Of a DNA stretch of 32,000 nt, positions 1 to 9,495 are shown piece by piece. The translations under genes were made by a program, and so were the position numbers. Source of the stretch: Candidatus Saccharimonadota bacterium (GTDB lineage: Bacteria > Pseudomonadota > Gammaproteobacteria > Enterobacterales > Enterobacteriaceae); contig NZ_AP018160.1 of assembly GCF_004296515.1 (NCBI RefSeq), positions 194,300 through 226,299 on the forward strand, in the 5' to 3' direction. Positions within the stretch are counted from its first letter, which is position 1, and each line of letters opens with the position of its first letter. A model generated the notes under the pieces. The model worked only from the letters and a program-made list of their open reading frames with translations, made no database searches and had not been told where the DNA came from.

Positions 1-135
1 TTAATGATAGCATATGCTCCGTTTGATAATCCTAAAATATCTATAGCTATAGTTTTAGAAAATGAAGGATTTGGAGGAAATAATAATATTGGATATATAG
101 TAAAAAAAATTTTTGATTATTATTTATTAAATTAA
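1..135 (+). CDS. mrdA: penicillin-binding protein 2 (class B transpeptidase), 3' fragment entering from the window edge
   Basis: Frame 1 reads LMIAYAPFDNPKISIAIVLENEGFGGNNNIGYIVKKIFDYYLLN* (TAA 133-135). The AxAP..P.I.IA.V.EN.G.G tail is typical of PBP2 C-termini, and rodA starts 3 nt later as in the mrdAB operon. Confidence 0.7.
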   Translation, partial: LMIAYAPFDNPKISIAIVLENEGFGGNNNIGYIVKKIFDYYLLN

Positions 136-138
136 TAT

Positions 139-1209
139 ATGAAAATTATTAATAATAAATACTATTGCGATTTTGTATTAATTTTATATATTTTAATATT
201 ATTAATAATAAAATTATTATTAATAAGTAATAATTCAAGTAAATATTTATATAAATCTATAATAAGTATATTTATAAGTTTATCAGTAATGTTTATTTTT
301 TCTAAAATAAATTATAGATTTTATGAAAAAGTATCTTATATATTTTATATTATAAGTTTAATATTAATAATATTAAATATTTTTATTGGAAAAAATTGTA
401 AAGGATCTTATAGATGGATAAATTTATACTTTTTTAATTTTCAAGTATCAGAAATTTTTAAAATTTCTATTCCAATGTTAATATCTAGTATTTCATATAG
501 AAATAAAGATATAAATTCCATTAAATTAATATTATTATCTATTTTTATAATATTTTTACCTTCATTAATAATATTATTTCAACCAAATTTAGGAACTTCT
601 ATATTAATTATTTTATCTGGATTTTTTACATTATTCTTTTCTGGAATAAATTTTATTAATATATTATTTATTAATTTTATACTTTTTATTTTTATTTTAA
701 TTTATTATAATTTTTTTATAAAAGATTATCAAAAAAATAGAATATTAACATTATTAAATAATAAAAATAAATTAAATTATCATATAAATCAATCTAAAAT
801 AGCTATTGGATCAGGTGGAATTTTTGGAAAAGGTTTATTTAATGGAACTCAGTCTAGATTAAATTTTCTTCCTGAATCACATACAGATTTTATATTTTCT
901 GTTTTAGCTGAAGAATTTGGTTTATTTGGTGTAATTATTTTATTATCAATTTATTTATTAATAATAATAAAATGTTTAAAATTAGCACTTAATTCTAATA
1001 ATATATTTAATAAAGTATTAATTTCTTCATTTATATCTTCTATATTTTTTTCTATATTTATAAATATAGGAATGGTAATTGGTATACTACCAATAGTTGG
1101 TATTCCTCTTCCAATAATAAGTTATGGAGGATCTTCATTATTTATAACTTTAATTAAAATTGGAATTATATTATCAATAAAAAATAATAATGAAAATTTA
1201 TATTTTTGA
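139..1209 (+). CDS. rodA: SEDS-family peptidoglycan polymerase RodA
   Basis: 356-aa polytopic membrane protein with SEDS blocks QPNLGTS, LPESHTDFIFSVLAEEFGLFG and PLPIISYGGSS. It lies directly downstream of the PBP2 gene. Stop codon is TGA. Confidence 0.9.
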   Translation: MKIINNKYYCDFVLILYILILLIIKLLLISNNSSKYLYKSIISIFISLSVMFIFSKINYRFYEKVSYIFYIISLILIILNIFIGKNCKGSYRWINLYFFNFQVSEIFKISIPMLISSISYRNKDINSIKLILLSIFIIFLPSLIILFQPNLGTSILIILSGFFTLFFSGINFINILFINFILFIFILIYYNFFIKDYQKNRILTLLNNKNKLNYHINQSKIAIGSGGIFGKGLFNGTQSRLNFLPESHTDFIFSVLAEEFGLFGVIILLSIYLLIIIKCLKLALNSNNIFNKVLISSFISSIFFSIFINIGMVIGILPIVGIPLPIISYGGSSLFITLIKIGIILSIKNNNENLYF

Positions 1210-1249
1210 TATATAATATTTTTACTTATTAAATAAATTTTAAAAAATT

Positions 1250-1978
1250 ATGAATGAATTTTATAATTTTGAAGATAATGAATTAAGTGGTAAAATATCT
1301 ACTTTTAAAATCTTTATTACAAAAGTATATGCCTGGATGAGTATAGGATTATTAATAACATCATTTGTATCATTTTATTTTACAAAAATATCATTTTTAT
1401 TTAACTTACTTTATAATAGTAAATTATTATTATTAATAACTTTTTTTCAAATAATTTTAGTTTATTTATTATCTAATATAATAACAATTTTAAGTTATAA
1501 ATTATCTATTTTTTTATTTGTATTATATTCAATTTTAAATGGAATAACTATGTCTGGTATTTTTTTAATATATACCTTTGAATCTATATTTAATATTTTT
1601 TTATTAACATCTTTTATATTTATGTTTATGAGTATATATGGTTTTTTAACTAAAAAGGATTTAACAAATTTAGGAAATTTATTATTAATGTTATTATTGG
1701 GAATATTATTATTTTCTATATTTAATATAATATTTAAAAGTATATTATTATTATATCTTTTATCATATATAAATATAATTATATTTACTGGATTAATAGC
1801 ATTTGATACACAAAAATTAAAAGATTTAAGTAATAAGCTATATTATACTAATAATAATAAATTATTATATAAATATTCAATACTTGGTGCATTAATATTA
1901 TATTTAGATTTTATAAATTTATTTTTAATTCCTATTAAAATTTTTGGTAAAAAAAAAGATGAAGATAATTATTATTAA
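1250..1978 (+). CDS. ybhL: BAX-inhibitor-1 (BI-1)/YccA family inner-membrane protein, YbhL-like
   Basis: 242 aa and multi-TM. Blocks match my recollection of E. coli YbhL: KVYAWMSIGLL, LYSILNGITMSGIF, YGFLTKKDL, FDTQKLK and KYSILGALILYLDFINLF. Confidence 0.7.
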   Translation: MNEFYNFEDNELSGKISTFKIFITKVYAWMSIGLLITSFVSFYFTKISFLFNLLYNSKLLLLITFFQIILVYLLSNIITILSYKLSIFLFVLYSILNGITMSGIFLIYTFESIFNIFLLTSFIFMFMSIYGFLTKKDLTNLGNLLLMLLLGILLFSIFNIIFKSILLLYLLSYINIIIFTGLIAFDTQKLKDLSNKLYYTNNNKLLYKYSILGALILYLDFINLFLIPIKIFGKKKDEDNYY

Positions 1979-2000
1979 TAAATAATTATAATTATTTATT
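1977..2000. repeat. 24-nt perfect A/T palindrome spanning the convergent ybhL and rplI stop codons
   Basis: aataaataattataattatttatt; all 12 symmetric pairs were checked. The ybhL TAA is at 1976-1978 and the rplI stop (plus-strand tta) at 1992-1994. Confidence 0.5.
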
Positions 2001-2441
2001 TTTAATAATTATATTCATGTTAATAAAATATGTATTATTAATAGAAATTTTTATATAAAAATTACCTATATTTTTTATATTTTTATTTAAAAAAACTTTT
2101 ATGAATTTACTTTTACAATAAGAAATATTACTTATTATATAATTAATAATATTTTTTTTATTAACGGAATCAAACAATTTTCCATTTTTATTAGATTTTT
2201 TATAAAATATTATATTTTTTATTTTTAATATATCTTCATACATTTTCTTAAAATCATATTTATAAATATTATTATTATAATTATTATCTAATTTTATTTT
2301 TTTATTTTTTATTAAATTATAATTTACATAATATTTACTTTTTTTACAAATTAAAAAATTTCTTACATATCCTGATTTAACTTCTACTAAATCATTCTTA
2401 TTACCTAAATTTTCTATTTTATCTAATAAAATTATTTTCAT
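1992..2441 (-). CDS. rplI: 50S ribosomal protein L9
   Basis: N-terminus [31 protein letters not shown] matches the L9 consensus. It is the last gene of the rpsF-rpsR-rplI cluster. Confidence 0.92.
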   Translation of the reverse strand: MKIILLDKIENLGNKNDLVEVKSGYVRNFLICKKSKYYVNYNLIKNKKIKLDNNYNNNIYKYDFKKMYEDILKIKNIIFYKKSNKNGKLFDSVNKKNIINYIISNISYCKSKFIKVFLNKNIKNIGNFYIKISINNTYFINMNIIIKNK

Positions 2442-2447
2442 ATATTT

Positions 2448-2687
2448 TTAAATTTTATTTTTAAATTGTCTATCTGTATAAAATATTAATGATAAATATC
2501 TAGCTATTTTTATTGCAGAAGATAATTTTCTCTGAAATTTAAGTTTTGTACCAGTTATTTTACTTGGTATTATTTTACCACTTTCAGTTATATATTTTTT
2601 TAACATATCTATATCTTTATAATCTATATAACTTATTTTGTTTATTGTGAACTTACAAAATTTTTTTTTTTTATTTATATTAAACAT
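2448..2687 (-). CDS. rpsR: 30S ribosomal protein S18
   Basis: FCKF..IDYKD...[38 protein letters not shown] is the S18 signature. Contains an A12 run (codons KKKK, plus-strand T 2661-2672). Confidence 0.95.
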   Translation of the reverse strand: MFNINKKKKFCKFTINKISYIDYKDIDMLKKYITESGKIIPSKITGTKLKFQRKLSSAIKIARYLSLIFYTDRQFKNKI

Positions 2688-2694
2688 AATTTTA

Positions 2695-3033
2695 TTAAAC
2701 TTTATTTATGTTTTGTTTATTATTCATTATTATTGAGGGTTCTTTAATTGCTTTTTTTATATTTAATATTATATTTCTTATAATATAAGAATTTAATTTA
2801 AAATTATTTTTTAATTCATTTATTAAATCTATTTTACATTCTATATTAATTAAAGAATAATATGCTTTATTTATTTTTTTTATTGAATATGCTAATTCTC
2901 TTCTTCCCCAATTTTCTAATCTATGTATTATTCCTCCATGATTTTTTATTATCAATAAATATTTTTCAATTATCTTTTTATATTGAACTTCACTTGTAGT
3001 ATTTAATAATAAAACTATTTCATAGTTTTTCAT
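2695..3033 (-). CDS. rpsF: 30S ribosomal protein S6
   Basis: [10 protein letters not shown]...[22 protein letters not shown] is the S6 signature. SD-like AAAGG sits 6 nt upstream of the ATG (plus-strand cc at 3040-3041). Confidence 0.95.
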   Translation of the reverse strand: MKNYEIVLLLNTTSEVQYKKIIEKYLLIIKNHGGIIHRLENWGRRELAYSIKKINKAYYSLINIECKIDLINELKNNFKLNSYIIRNIILNIKKAIKEPSIIMNNKQNINKV

Positions 3034-3061
3034 TTTTTACCTTTATTTTAATTAAATAAAT

Positions 3062-3799
3062 TTATTTAAAATAATTTTGTCTAATTATTTCAAATAAAAA
3101 AATTCCAACAGAAACAGAAACATTTAATGAATTAGTTTTACCTAAAATAGGTATTTTAATTATATCATTACAATATCTACTAGTTATATTTCTTATTCCT
3201 TTACATTCTGATCCAAATATTATTGCTATAGGTAATTCAAATTTATAATTAAATATTATTTTATTAGATTTATCAGAAGTACCTAATATATTAATATTAT
3301 TTTTTTTTAAAAAAATTAATATATTTATAATATTTTTAACTATAAATATATTTAAGTTATCAACAGCACCACTAGCAACTTTCCTTACAACTTCTGTTAT
3401 AGGTGAAGATTTATATTTAGTTATTATAACACAATCTATGTTTGCAACATCAGCAGATCTTAAACAGGATCCTAAATTTCTAGGATCTTGTATATTTTCT
3501 AATATTAAAATTATATTTTTATTTAATAAGTCTTCCATTTTTACTATTTTTTTAATAATATTTTTATTATTGTAAATGATAATAAAAATATTTTTTATTT
3601 CTTTTATATTTGTAAATTTATTAATATTATTTTTATTTATATAATTTATATTAATTTTATTTTTTTTTAATAATCTTATTATTTCTATAATTCTTATATT
3701 TAGTTTTAAATTTAATATTATATAAGATTCTTTTATTATTTTAGGATTATTATCTAATATAGATCTAATAGTATTTAATCCATAAACTATTTCTGACAT
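3062..3799 (-). CDS. rlmB: 23S rRNA (Gm2251) 2'-O-methyltransferase, SpoU/TrmH family
   Basis: Has N-terminal YGLNTIRSIL and the SpoU motifs QDPRNLGSCLRSADV, IFGSECKGI and SLNVSVSVGIFLFE. It lies between miaA and rpsF, consistent with E. coli rlmB. Confidence 0.85.
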   Translation of the reverse strand: MSEIVYGLNTIRSILDNNPKIIKESYIILNLKLNIRIIEIIRLLKKNKININYINKNNINKFTNIKEIKNIFIIIYNNKNIIKKIVKMEDLLNKNIILILENIQDPRNLGSCLRSADVANIDCVIITKYKSSPITEVVRKVASGAVDNLNIFIVKNIINILIFLKKNNINILGTSDKSNKIIFNYKFELPIAIIFGSECKGIRNITSRYCNDIIKIPILGKTNSLNVSVSVGIFLFEIIRQNYFK

Positions 3800-3800
3800 T

Positions 3801-4760
3801 TTAAATATTATAATTATAATTTTTAATTATATTTTTAATATGATGTATTAATTTATTTATAGAATTATTATCTGTATTAAATTTTTTAAATTTAAATTTC
3901 CAATTATTTATCCAATTAATTTGTTTTTTATATAAATTTATTGTTGATTTAATAGAATTATTTATCATATCTTTATAACTAATTTTATTAGAAAAATAAT
4001 CCCACATTTGTTTATATCCTATTGATTTTATTGATTGTTTGTTATAATCCAAATCACCTCTATTAAATAAATTAAGTACTTCATTTTCAAATCCATCATC
4101 AATCATTTTATAAAATCTAAATTTTATTTTTTTATTTATATTAGTTTTGTCTTCATTAATTATTATAATTTGATAAATATCAAATAATTTATTTGAAATA
4201 TTATTTAATCCTATAAATTTACTATTATTTTTTATTAAAAAATAATTTTCTATATATTTATATATTATTTTATTATTATTAATATTTAAATTATTTTTAT
4301 TTAATTTAAAATATAAATTTTTAATTTTGTATATATTGATATCATTTATACTTTTTTTTATATTAAAATTTATAAATAAATTAGAGTATAAATTTATACC
4401 ATTTAATAATGTTTTTATATAAAACATACTTCCACCAACAAATGTTGGAATTTTATTACATAATAATATTTCATATATAGAAGTTATAGAATCTCTACAA
4501 AAATCTAATACAGAATATTTTTGTATAGGATCTCTTATATCAATTATTTTATATGGATATTTTATTAATTCTTCTTTGTTAGGTTTTGATGTTCCTATAT
4601 TCATATCTCTAAATATTAAAGTTGAATCAGAATTTATTAATTTTATAGGAAATAAATTACTTAATTTAAATGATAATTTTGTCTTACCAGATGCTGTATG
4701 ACCTATAATAAATAATATAGGTATTTTATTAAATTTTTTATTAATAATAAATTTATTCAT
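3801..4760 (-). CDS. miaA: tRNA dimethylallyltransferase
   Basis: P-loop IIGHTASGKTKLS followed by LINSDSTLIFRDMNIGTSKP and VGGSMFYIK, as in the MiaA family. Confidence 0.9.
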   Translation of the reverse strand: MNKFIINKKFNKIPILFIIGHTASGKTKLSFKLSNLFPIKLINSDSTLIFRDMNIGTSKPNKEELIKYPYKIIDIRDPIQKYSVLDFCRDSITSIYEILLCNKIPTFVGGSMFYIKTLLNGINLYSNLFINFNIKKSINDINIYKIKNLYFKLNKNNLNINNNKIIYKYIENYFLIKNNSKFIGLNNISNKLFDIYQIIIINEDKTNINKKIKFRFYKMIDDGFENEVLNLFNRGDLDYNKQSIKSIGYKQMWDYFSNKISYKDMINNSIKSTINLYKKQINWINNWKFKFKKFNTDNNSINKLIHHIKNIIKNYNYNI

Positions 4761-4764
4761 TTTA

Positions 4765-5310
4765 TTAAGAATAAATAAAATTTTTTCTATAAAAAATTAA
4801 TTCTTCTACAGATTCATATATATCAGAAAAAGCTCTATGAATATTTCTTTTTTTAAAATTACATAATATTTCAGGTTTCCATCTTTTTACTAATTCTTTT
4901 ATTGAATTTACATCTAAATGTTTATAATTAAAATAATTTTCTAATTTAGGCATATATTTTACTAAAAATCTTCTATCTTGACTAACATTATTTCCACACA
5001 TAGGAGATTTTTTATAATTTACCCAATTATTTAAAAAATCTAATGTAATATTTTCAGCTTCATTTTCATTTATTTTACTATTTTTAATTTTATATATTAA
5101 TCCATTATTTGTATGAGTATTTATATTCCATTTATCCATATTTGATAAATTTTTATCAGATTGATATATAATAAATTCTGGACCTTTTGCTAATATGTTT
5201 AATTCAGAATCTGTTATTAATGTAGCTATTTCTATTATATGACATTTAATTGGATCTAATCCTGTCATTTCTAAATCTATCCATATTAGATTTTTATCAT
5301 TTTTTAACAT
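4765..5310 (-). CDS. orn: oligoribonuclease
   Basis: Has LIWIDLEMTGLDP (DEDDh exo I motif), GNNVSQDRRFL and HRAFSDIYESVEEL. Length of 181 aa matches Orn. Confidence 0.93.
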   Translation of the reverse strand: MLKNDKNLIWIDLEMTGLDPIKCHIIEIATLITDSELNILAKGPEFIIYQSDKNLSNMDKWNINTHTNNGLIYKIKNSKINENEAENITLDFLNNWVNYKKSPMCGNNVSQDRRFLVKYMPKLENYFNYKHLDVNSIKELVKRWKPEILCNFKKRNIHRAFSDIYESVEELIFYRKNFIYS

Positions 5311-5318
5311 TATTTAAT

Positions 5319-5861
5319 TTAAAATATATTTTTTATATTATTTTTTTTTATAAATTTATTTATTGAGTTTATTATTTCTTCTTTTGCATATTTTTTATCT
5401 TTAAAATCTTTTACTTTTGACCATTTATTTTTATAATTATTTTTATAATTTTCAAAGAAGTATCTTATATTATGTAAAATAGTTTCAGAAATATCATATA
5501 TATCTTTAATATTATCAAATTCATTTGATATATTAAAATTTGGAACAGCAATTATTTTATTATCTTCTCCACTTTCGTCACACATATTTAAAATACCTAT
5601 TGGTCTACAATTTATTATTGATCCAATTTGTAATGATAAATTTATTGGAATTACAACATCTAAATTATCATTATCATTTGATAATGTTTTATTAATAAAT
5701 CCATAATTACATGGATATGACATTTTATTTATAAATCTGTCTATTAATATATTTCCATATGAATCTATTTCATATTTTATGTTTAATTTATTAGGAATTT
5801 CTATTATTACGTTTATATCATCTGGTATATTATTACCAGGTTTTATATTATTAATATTCAT
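5319..5861 (-). CDS. ppa: inorganic pyrophosphatase
   Basis: 180 aa with family I PPase pattern VIIEIP....KYEID, NYGFI..TL..D.D.LDV and DESGEDNKIIAVP. AAAGGA SD lies upstream (plus-strand tccttt 5871-5876). Confidence 0.9.
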   Translation of the reverse strand: MNINNIKPGNNIPDDINVIIEIPNKLNIKYEIDSYGNILIDRFINKMSYPCNYGFINKTLSNDNDNLDVVIPINLSLQIGSIINCRPIGILNMCDESGEDNKIIAVPNFNISNEFDNIKDIYDISETILHNIRYFFENYKNNYKNKWSKVKDFKDKKYAKEEIINSINKFIKKNNIKNIF

Positions 5862-5958
5862 ATTGTTATTTCCTTTAAGTTTTTAATATAATAGTTTAAT
5901 TTTTATAAATAATATATTATAATTTTATTAAAAAATTAATATAATATAATAATATTTA

Positions 5959-6954
5959 ATGAATAAAATAAAAATATTTAGTGGTATACAACCATCAGGT
6001 AATTTAACTATAGGTAATTATATATCTATTTTAAAACAAATTAATAAAATTCAATATGATAATATATGTATGTTATGTATAGCTGATTTACATATTATGA
6101 ATAAATATATTAATCCTATATCTGTAAGAAAAAATATATTAGATTTAATATCTATATTAATATCATCTGGAATAGAATATAAAAATAATATAATATTTTT
6201 ACAATCTGATATATTAGAAAATACTCAATTATATTGGATATTATCTAATTTTATAAGATTTAATGAATTAAAAAGATTAAATCAATTTAAAGAAAAAATC
6301 AATATATTAAATAATTCAATAAATTTAAATTTATTGAATTATCCAATTCTAATGGCATCTGATATTTTATTATACAGAATAGATAATATTATAGTAGGAA
6401 AAGATCAAAAACAACATATAGAAATAATGAATTTAATAGCAAAAAGATTTAATAGTTTTTATGGTTATTATTTTAAAATTCCAAATATTATCATAAATGA
6501 AAATCATTATATAATGTCATTATCTAATCCTAATAAAAAAATGTCTAAATCAGATAATAATGATAATAATTCAATAAAAATATTAGACGATGAATATACT
6601 ATAAGAAAAAAAATAAAAAAAGCTGTTACTGATTCAAACAATAGTATTAATTATAATAAAATAAATCAACCTGGTGTATATAATTTATTAAATATTTTGT
6701 CTTCTATAAGTAATGTTTCTATAAATGATTTATTAATTTATTTTAAAAATAAATCTTATAATGATTTAAAAAATAAACTTTCTGATGAAATAGTTAATGA
6801 ATTAAAAAAAATAAAAGATAAATATATATATATTAGATCTAACGAATATTTATTAAATAAAATTATAGAAAATGGTTTTAATAAAGCTAAAAAAATAGCT
6901 AAGAATACGTTATTTGATATTAAAAAATTAATAGGTTTAAATAAATTAAATTAA
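5959..6954 (+). CDS. trpS: tryptophan--tRNA ligase
   Basis: IFSGIQPSGNLTIGNY (HIGH-region equivalent), VGKDQKQHIE and KMSKS. Length of 331 aa fits. Confidence 0.93.
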   Translation: MNKIKIFSGIQPSGNLTIGNYISILKQINKIQYDNICMLCIADLHIMNKYINPISVRKNILDLISILISSGIEYKNNIIFLQSDILENTQLYWILSNFIRFNELKRLNQFKEKINILNNSINLNLLNYPILMASDILLYRIDNIIVGKDQKQHIEIMNLIAKRFNSFYGYYFKIPNIIINENHYIMSLSNPNKKMSKSDNNDNNSIKILDDEYTIRKKIKKAVTDSNNSINYNKINQPGVYNLLNILSSISNVSINDLLIYFKNKSYNDLKNKLSDEIVNELKKIKDKYIYIRSNEYLLNKIIENGFNKAKKIAKNTLFDIKKLIGLNKLN

Positions 6955-6958
6955 AATT

Positions 6959-7183
6959 ATGTTAAAATGTATTATAACTAATAAAAAAGTTTTATTTGGT
7001 AATAATAGATCTAATGCTATGAATGCAACTAGAAGAAAATTTTTTCCTAATATACATATGAAAAAATTTTGGATACCTAGTAAAAATAAATATATAAAAT
7101 TAAAAATATCTACAAAAGGTATAAGATTAATAGATAAATTTGGAATAGAAAATTTATTAAAAAAATTTAAAATTAAATATTAA
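6959..7183 (+). CDS. rpmB: 50S ribosomal protein L28
   Basis: [20 protein letters not shown]...[12 protein letters not shown] is the L28 signature. It is followed by rpmG, as in the rpmBG operon. Confidence 0.9.
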   Translation: MLKCIITNKKVLFGNNRSNAMNATRRKFFPNIHMKKFWIPSKNKYIKLKISTKGIRLIDKFGIENLLKKFKIKY

Positions 7184-7188
7184 TTTAT

Positions 7189-7365
7189 ATGAGTAAAAAA
7201 AAATTAACAGAAATTATAAAATTAATATCTTCAGAAACAAAACATTTTTATACTACTACTAAAAGTAAAAAAATAAAATTAAAAAAAATAAAAATTAAAA
7301 AGTTTGATCCAATAATAAAAAAACATGTAATTTATAATGAATATAAAATAAATAAAAATAAATAA
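7189..7365 (+). CDS. rpmG: 50S ribosomal protein L33 (absent from the supplied ORF track, 58 aa)
   Basis: Hand translation gives [58 protein letters not shown]. It matches E. coli L33 blocks IKLVSS...HFYTTTKNK and KFDP..R.HV.Y.E.K. Confidence 0.9.
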   Translation: MSKKKLTEIIKLISSETKHFYTTTKSKKIKLKKIKIKKFDPIIKKHVIYNEYKINKNK

Positions 7366-7385
7366 AATTATATTTTATTTATTTT
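7355..7385. repeat. 14-bp perfect A/T hairpin (3-nt loop) spanning the convergent rpmG and tpiA stop codons
   Basis: 7355-7368 aaaataaataaaat pairs with 7372-7385 attttatttatttt. The rpmG TAA is at 7363-7365 and the tpiA stop at 7368-7370. Confidence 0.4.
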
Positions 7386-8126
7386 ATTAATCATATATAA
7401 AAAATTATTTATATCTAGTGATGATTTACCAATTAATAAACCATTTATAAAATATTTATTCAAAAATATATCTATATTATCAATTGATACTGACCCTCCA
7501 TATAAAAATTTTATATTATTAGATATATTTTTATCTATTTTATTTAAATATTTTAGAATAGAACATATTATATATTCTATATGATCTATACTAGCATTTA
7601 CATTAGTTCCTATTGACCAAATAGGTTCATATGCTATTATAGAATTATAAAATATTTTTATACCACCATATTTTATAAATTCTTTTATTTGATTAATACA
7701 TTTTAATAATGATTTTTTATTTATATAATCATTATTATTTTCTCCTATACATAATATAGGAATTAAATTATTAGATTTAACTAATATAAATTTTTTTATT
7801 ATATTTTTATTTGATTCTTTATGTATTATTCTTCTTTCTGAATGACCTAATATTACATATGAAACTCCTATTTCTTTTAACATATATATAGATATTTCTC
7901 CTGTATATGGTCCTTCAAAATTTAAATCAACATTTTGAGAAGATGAATAAACATTATTAATATTATATTTTTTTAGTAAAATATTATTAAGATAATCTAA
8001 ATATATAATAGGAGGTGCTAATATAATTTTATTATTAATAATTTTTTTATTTTCATATAACTTATTTATAAAATTATTTAATAATAATTTATTTCCATTT
8101 AACTTCCAATTTGCTACTAATAACAT
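7368..8126 (-). CDS. tpiA: triosephosphate isomerase
   Basis: VANWKLNG, ILGHSERR and AYEPIWSIGT are the catalytic motifs. Confidence 0.93.
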   Translation of the reverse strand: MLLVANWKLNGNKLLLNNFINKLYENKKIINNKIILAPPIIYLDYLNNILLKKYNINNVYSSSQNVDLNFEGPYTGEISIYMLKEIGVSYVILGHSERRIIHKESNKNIIKKFILVKSNNLIPILCIGENNNDYINKKSLLKCINQIKEFIKYGGIKIFYNSIIAYEPIWSIGTNVNASIDHIEYIICSILKYLNKIDKNISNNIKFLYGGSVSIDNIDIFLNKYFINGLLIGKSSLDINNFLYMINKINKI

Positions 8127-8164
8127 ATTTAATTTAATTAATTTAAGTTTTATTATTTATAATT

Positions 8165-9487
8165 TTATATTATATATTTATATAAATCTATATTATTAAA
8201 ATTTTTACTTAATTTAAGATTTACATAATTTTCATCAATAATTATTTTTTTATTTGATATATTTGGTGCATTAAATAATATATCTTCAAGTAATTCTTCT
8301 AATATACTATATAATCTTCTAGCACCTAAATTATCATGTAATTCATTCATTTTATAAGAAAATTCTGCAATTTTTTTTATAGAACAATCAGTAAAATTAA
8401 TGTCAATTTTTTCTGTTTTTATAAGTAATTTATATTGATTTATTATGGAATTTTTTGTTTTTGTTAATATTTTTTCAAAATCTAATAAAGATAAACTATC
8501 TAATTTTACTTTTATGGGTAATCTACCTTGTAATTCTGGTAATAAATCTGATACATCTACATTATAAAATGATCCTGATGCAATAAATAATATATTATCA
8601 GTTTTTATTATTCCATGTTTTGTATTTATTGTACATCCATCTATTAATGAAAGAAGATCTCTTTGAACTCCTTCTCTAGATACATCTATACCATTATATA
8701 TATCATTTTTTTTTCTACAAATTTTATCTATTTCATCTATAAATACTATACCATTTTGTTCAATTAAATTTATAGATTCCTTTTTTATATTATCTAAATT
8801 TAAATTTTTATTAAATTCTTCTTCCATTAGTATTTTTCTTGCTTCTTTTACTTTTACTTTAAATATTTTATCTTTATTTTTAGATATATTTTTTAATATT
8901 GATTGAATTTGATTATTTATATCATCTACTTCGGTAGATATAACTTCTACTCCTACAGATGAAGATAATAAATTTATTTCTATTTCTATATCTTCTAATT
9001 CTTTATTTGATAATTTATTTTTTAAATTATTAATTTCAATATCTTCAATATCATTATTTATGCTATTTTTATTATTAATTAATATTTTTAATATTTTATC
9101 TTCAACTATTTTTTTAATTTTTATTTTATTTTTTTTTATATGTTTAAATTTTAAATTTTTTATAGTATTTTCTAATAAATCTTTTATTATTGAATCAACT
9201 TCTTTACCTATATATCCAACTTCAGTAAATTTTGTTGCTTCAACTTTTATAAAAGGAAAATTTAGTAATTTTAATAATCTTCTAGATATTTCTGTTTTAC
9301 CTACTCCTGTAGGTCCTATCATTAATATATTCTTAGGAGCTATATCATTTCTTAATGATTTATTTATATTCATTCTTCTATATCTATTTCTTAAAGCTAT
9401 TGCTATTGTTTTTTTAGCTTTATCTTGTCCTATAATATATTTATCTAAATAATTTACTATATCTTTTGGAGTAACAGTTTTATACAT
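8165..9487 (-). CDS. hslU: ATP-dependent protease ATPase subunit HslU
   Basis: TPKDIVNYLDKYIIGQDKAKKTIAIALRNRYRR, Walker A GPTGVGKTEISRRL, Walker B GIVFIDEIDK and ELQGRLPI. Length of 440 aa fits. Confidence 0.96.
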   Translation of the reverse strand: MYKTVTPKDIVNYLDKYIIGQDKAKKTIAIALRNRYRRMNINKSLRNDIAPKNILMIGPTGVGKTEISRRLLKLLNFPFIKVEATKFTEVGYIGKEVDSIIKDLLENTIKNLKFKHIKKNKIKIKKIVEDKILKILINNKNSINNDIEDIEINNLKNKLSNKELEDIEIEINLLSSSVGVEVISTEVDDINNQIQSILKNISKNKDKIFKVKVKEARKILMEEEFNKNLNLDNIKKESINLIEQNGIVFIDEIDKICRKKNDIYNGIDVSREGVQRDLLSLIDGCTINTKHGIIKTDNILFIASGSFYNVDVSDLLPELQGRLPIKVKLDSLSLLDFEKILTKTKNSIINQYKLLIKTEKIDINFTDCSIKKIAEFSYKMNELHDNLGARRLYSILEELLEDILFNAPNISNKKIIIDENYVNLKLSKNFNNIDLYKYII

Positions 9488-9495
9488 TTTATTTG

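Noticed and set aside
5862-5958. ppa/trpS divergent spacer, with a small ataatatattat palindrome considered as an operator
   Set aside because: It is only a 12-nt A/T palindrome, well within chance expectation, and no regulator gene lies nearby.
9060-9452. 130-aa plus-strand ORF inside hslU
   Set aside because: It is antisense to a strongly conserved hslU. Its Phe/Ile/Leu-rich, membrane-like composition is what the reverse complement of AAA/AAT/GAA-rich coding sequence produces. It has no motif and no SD.
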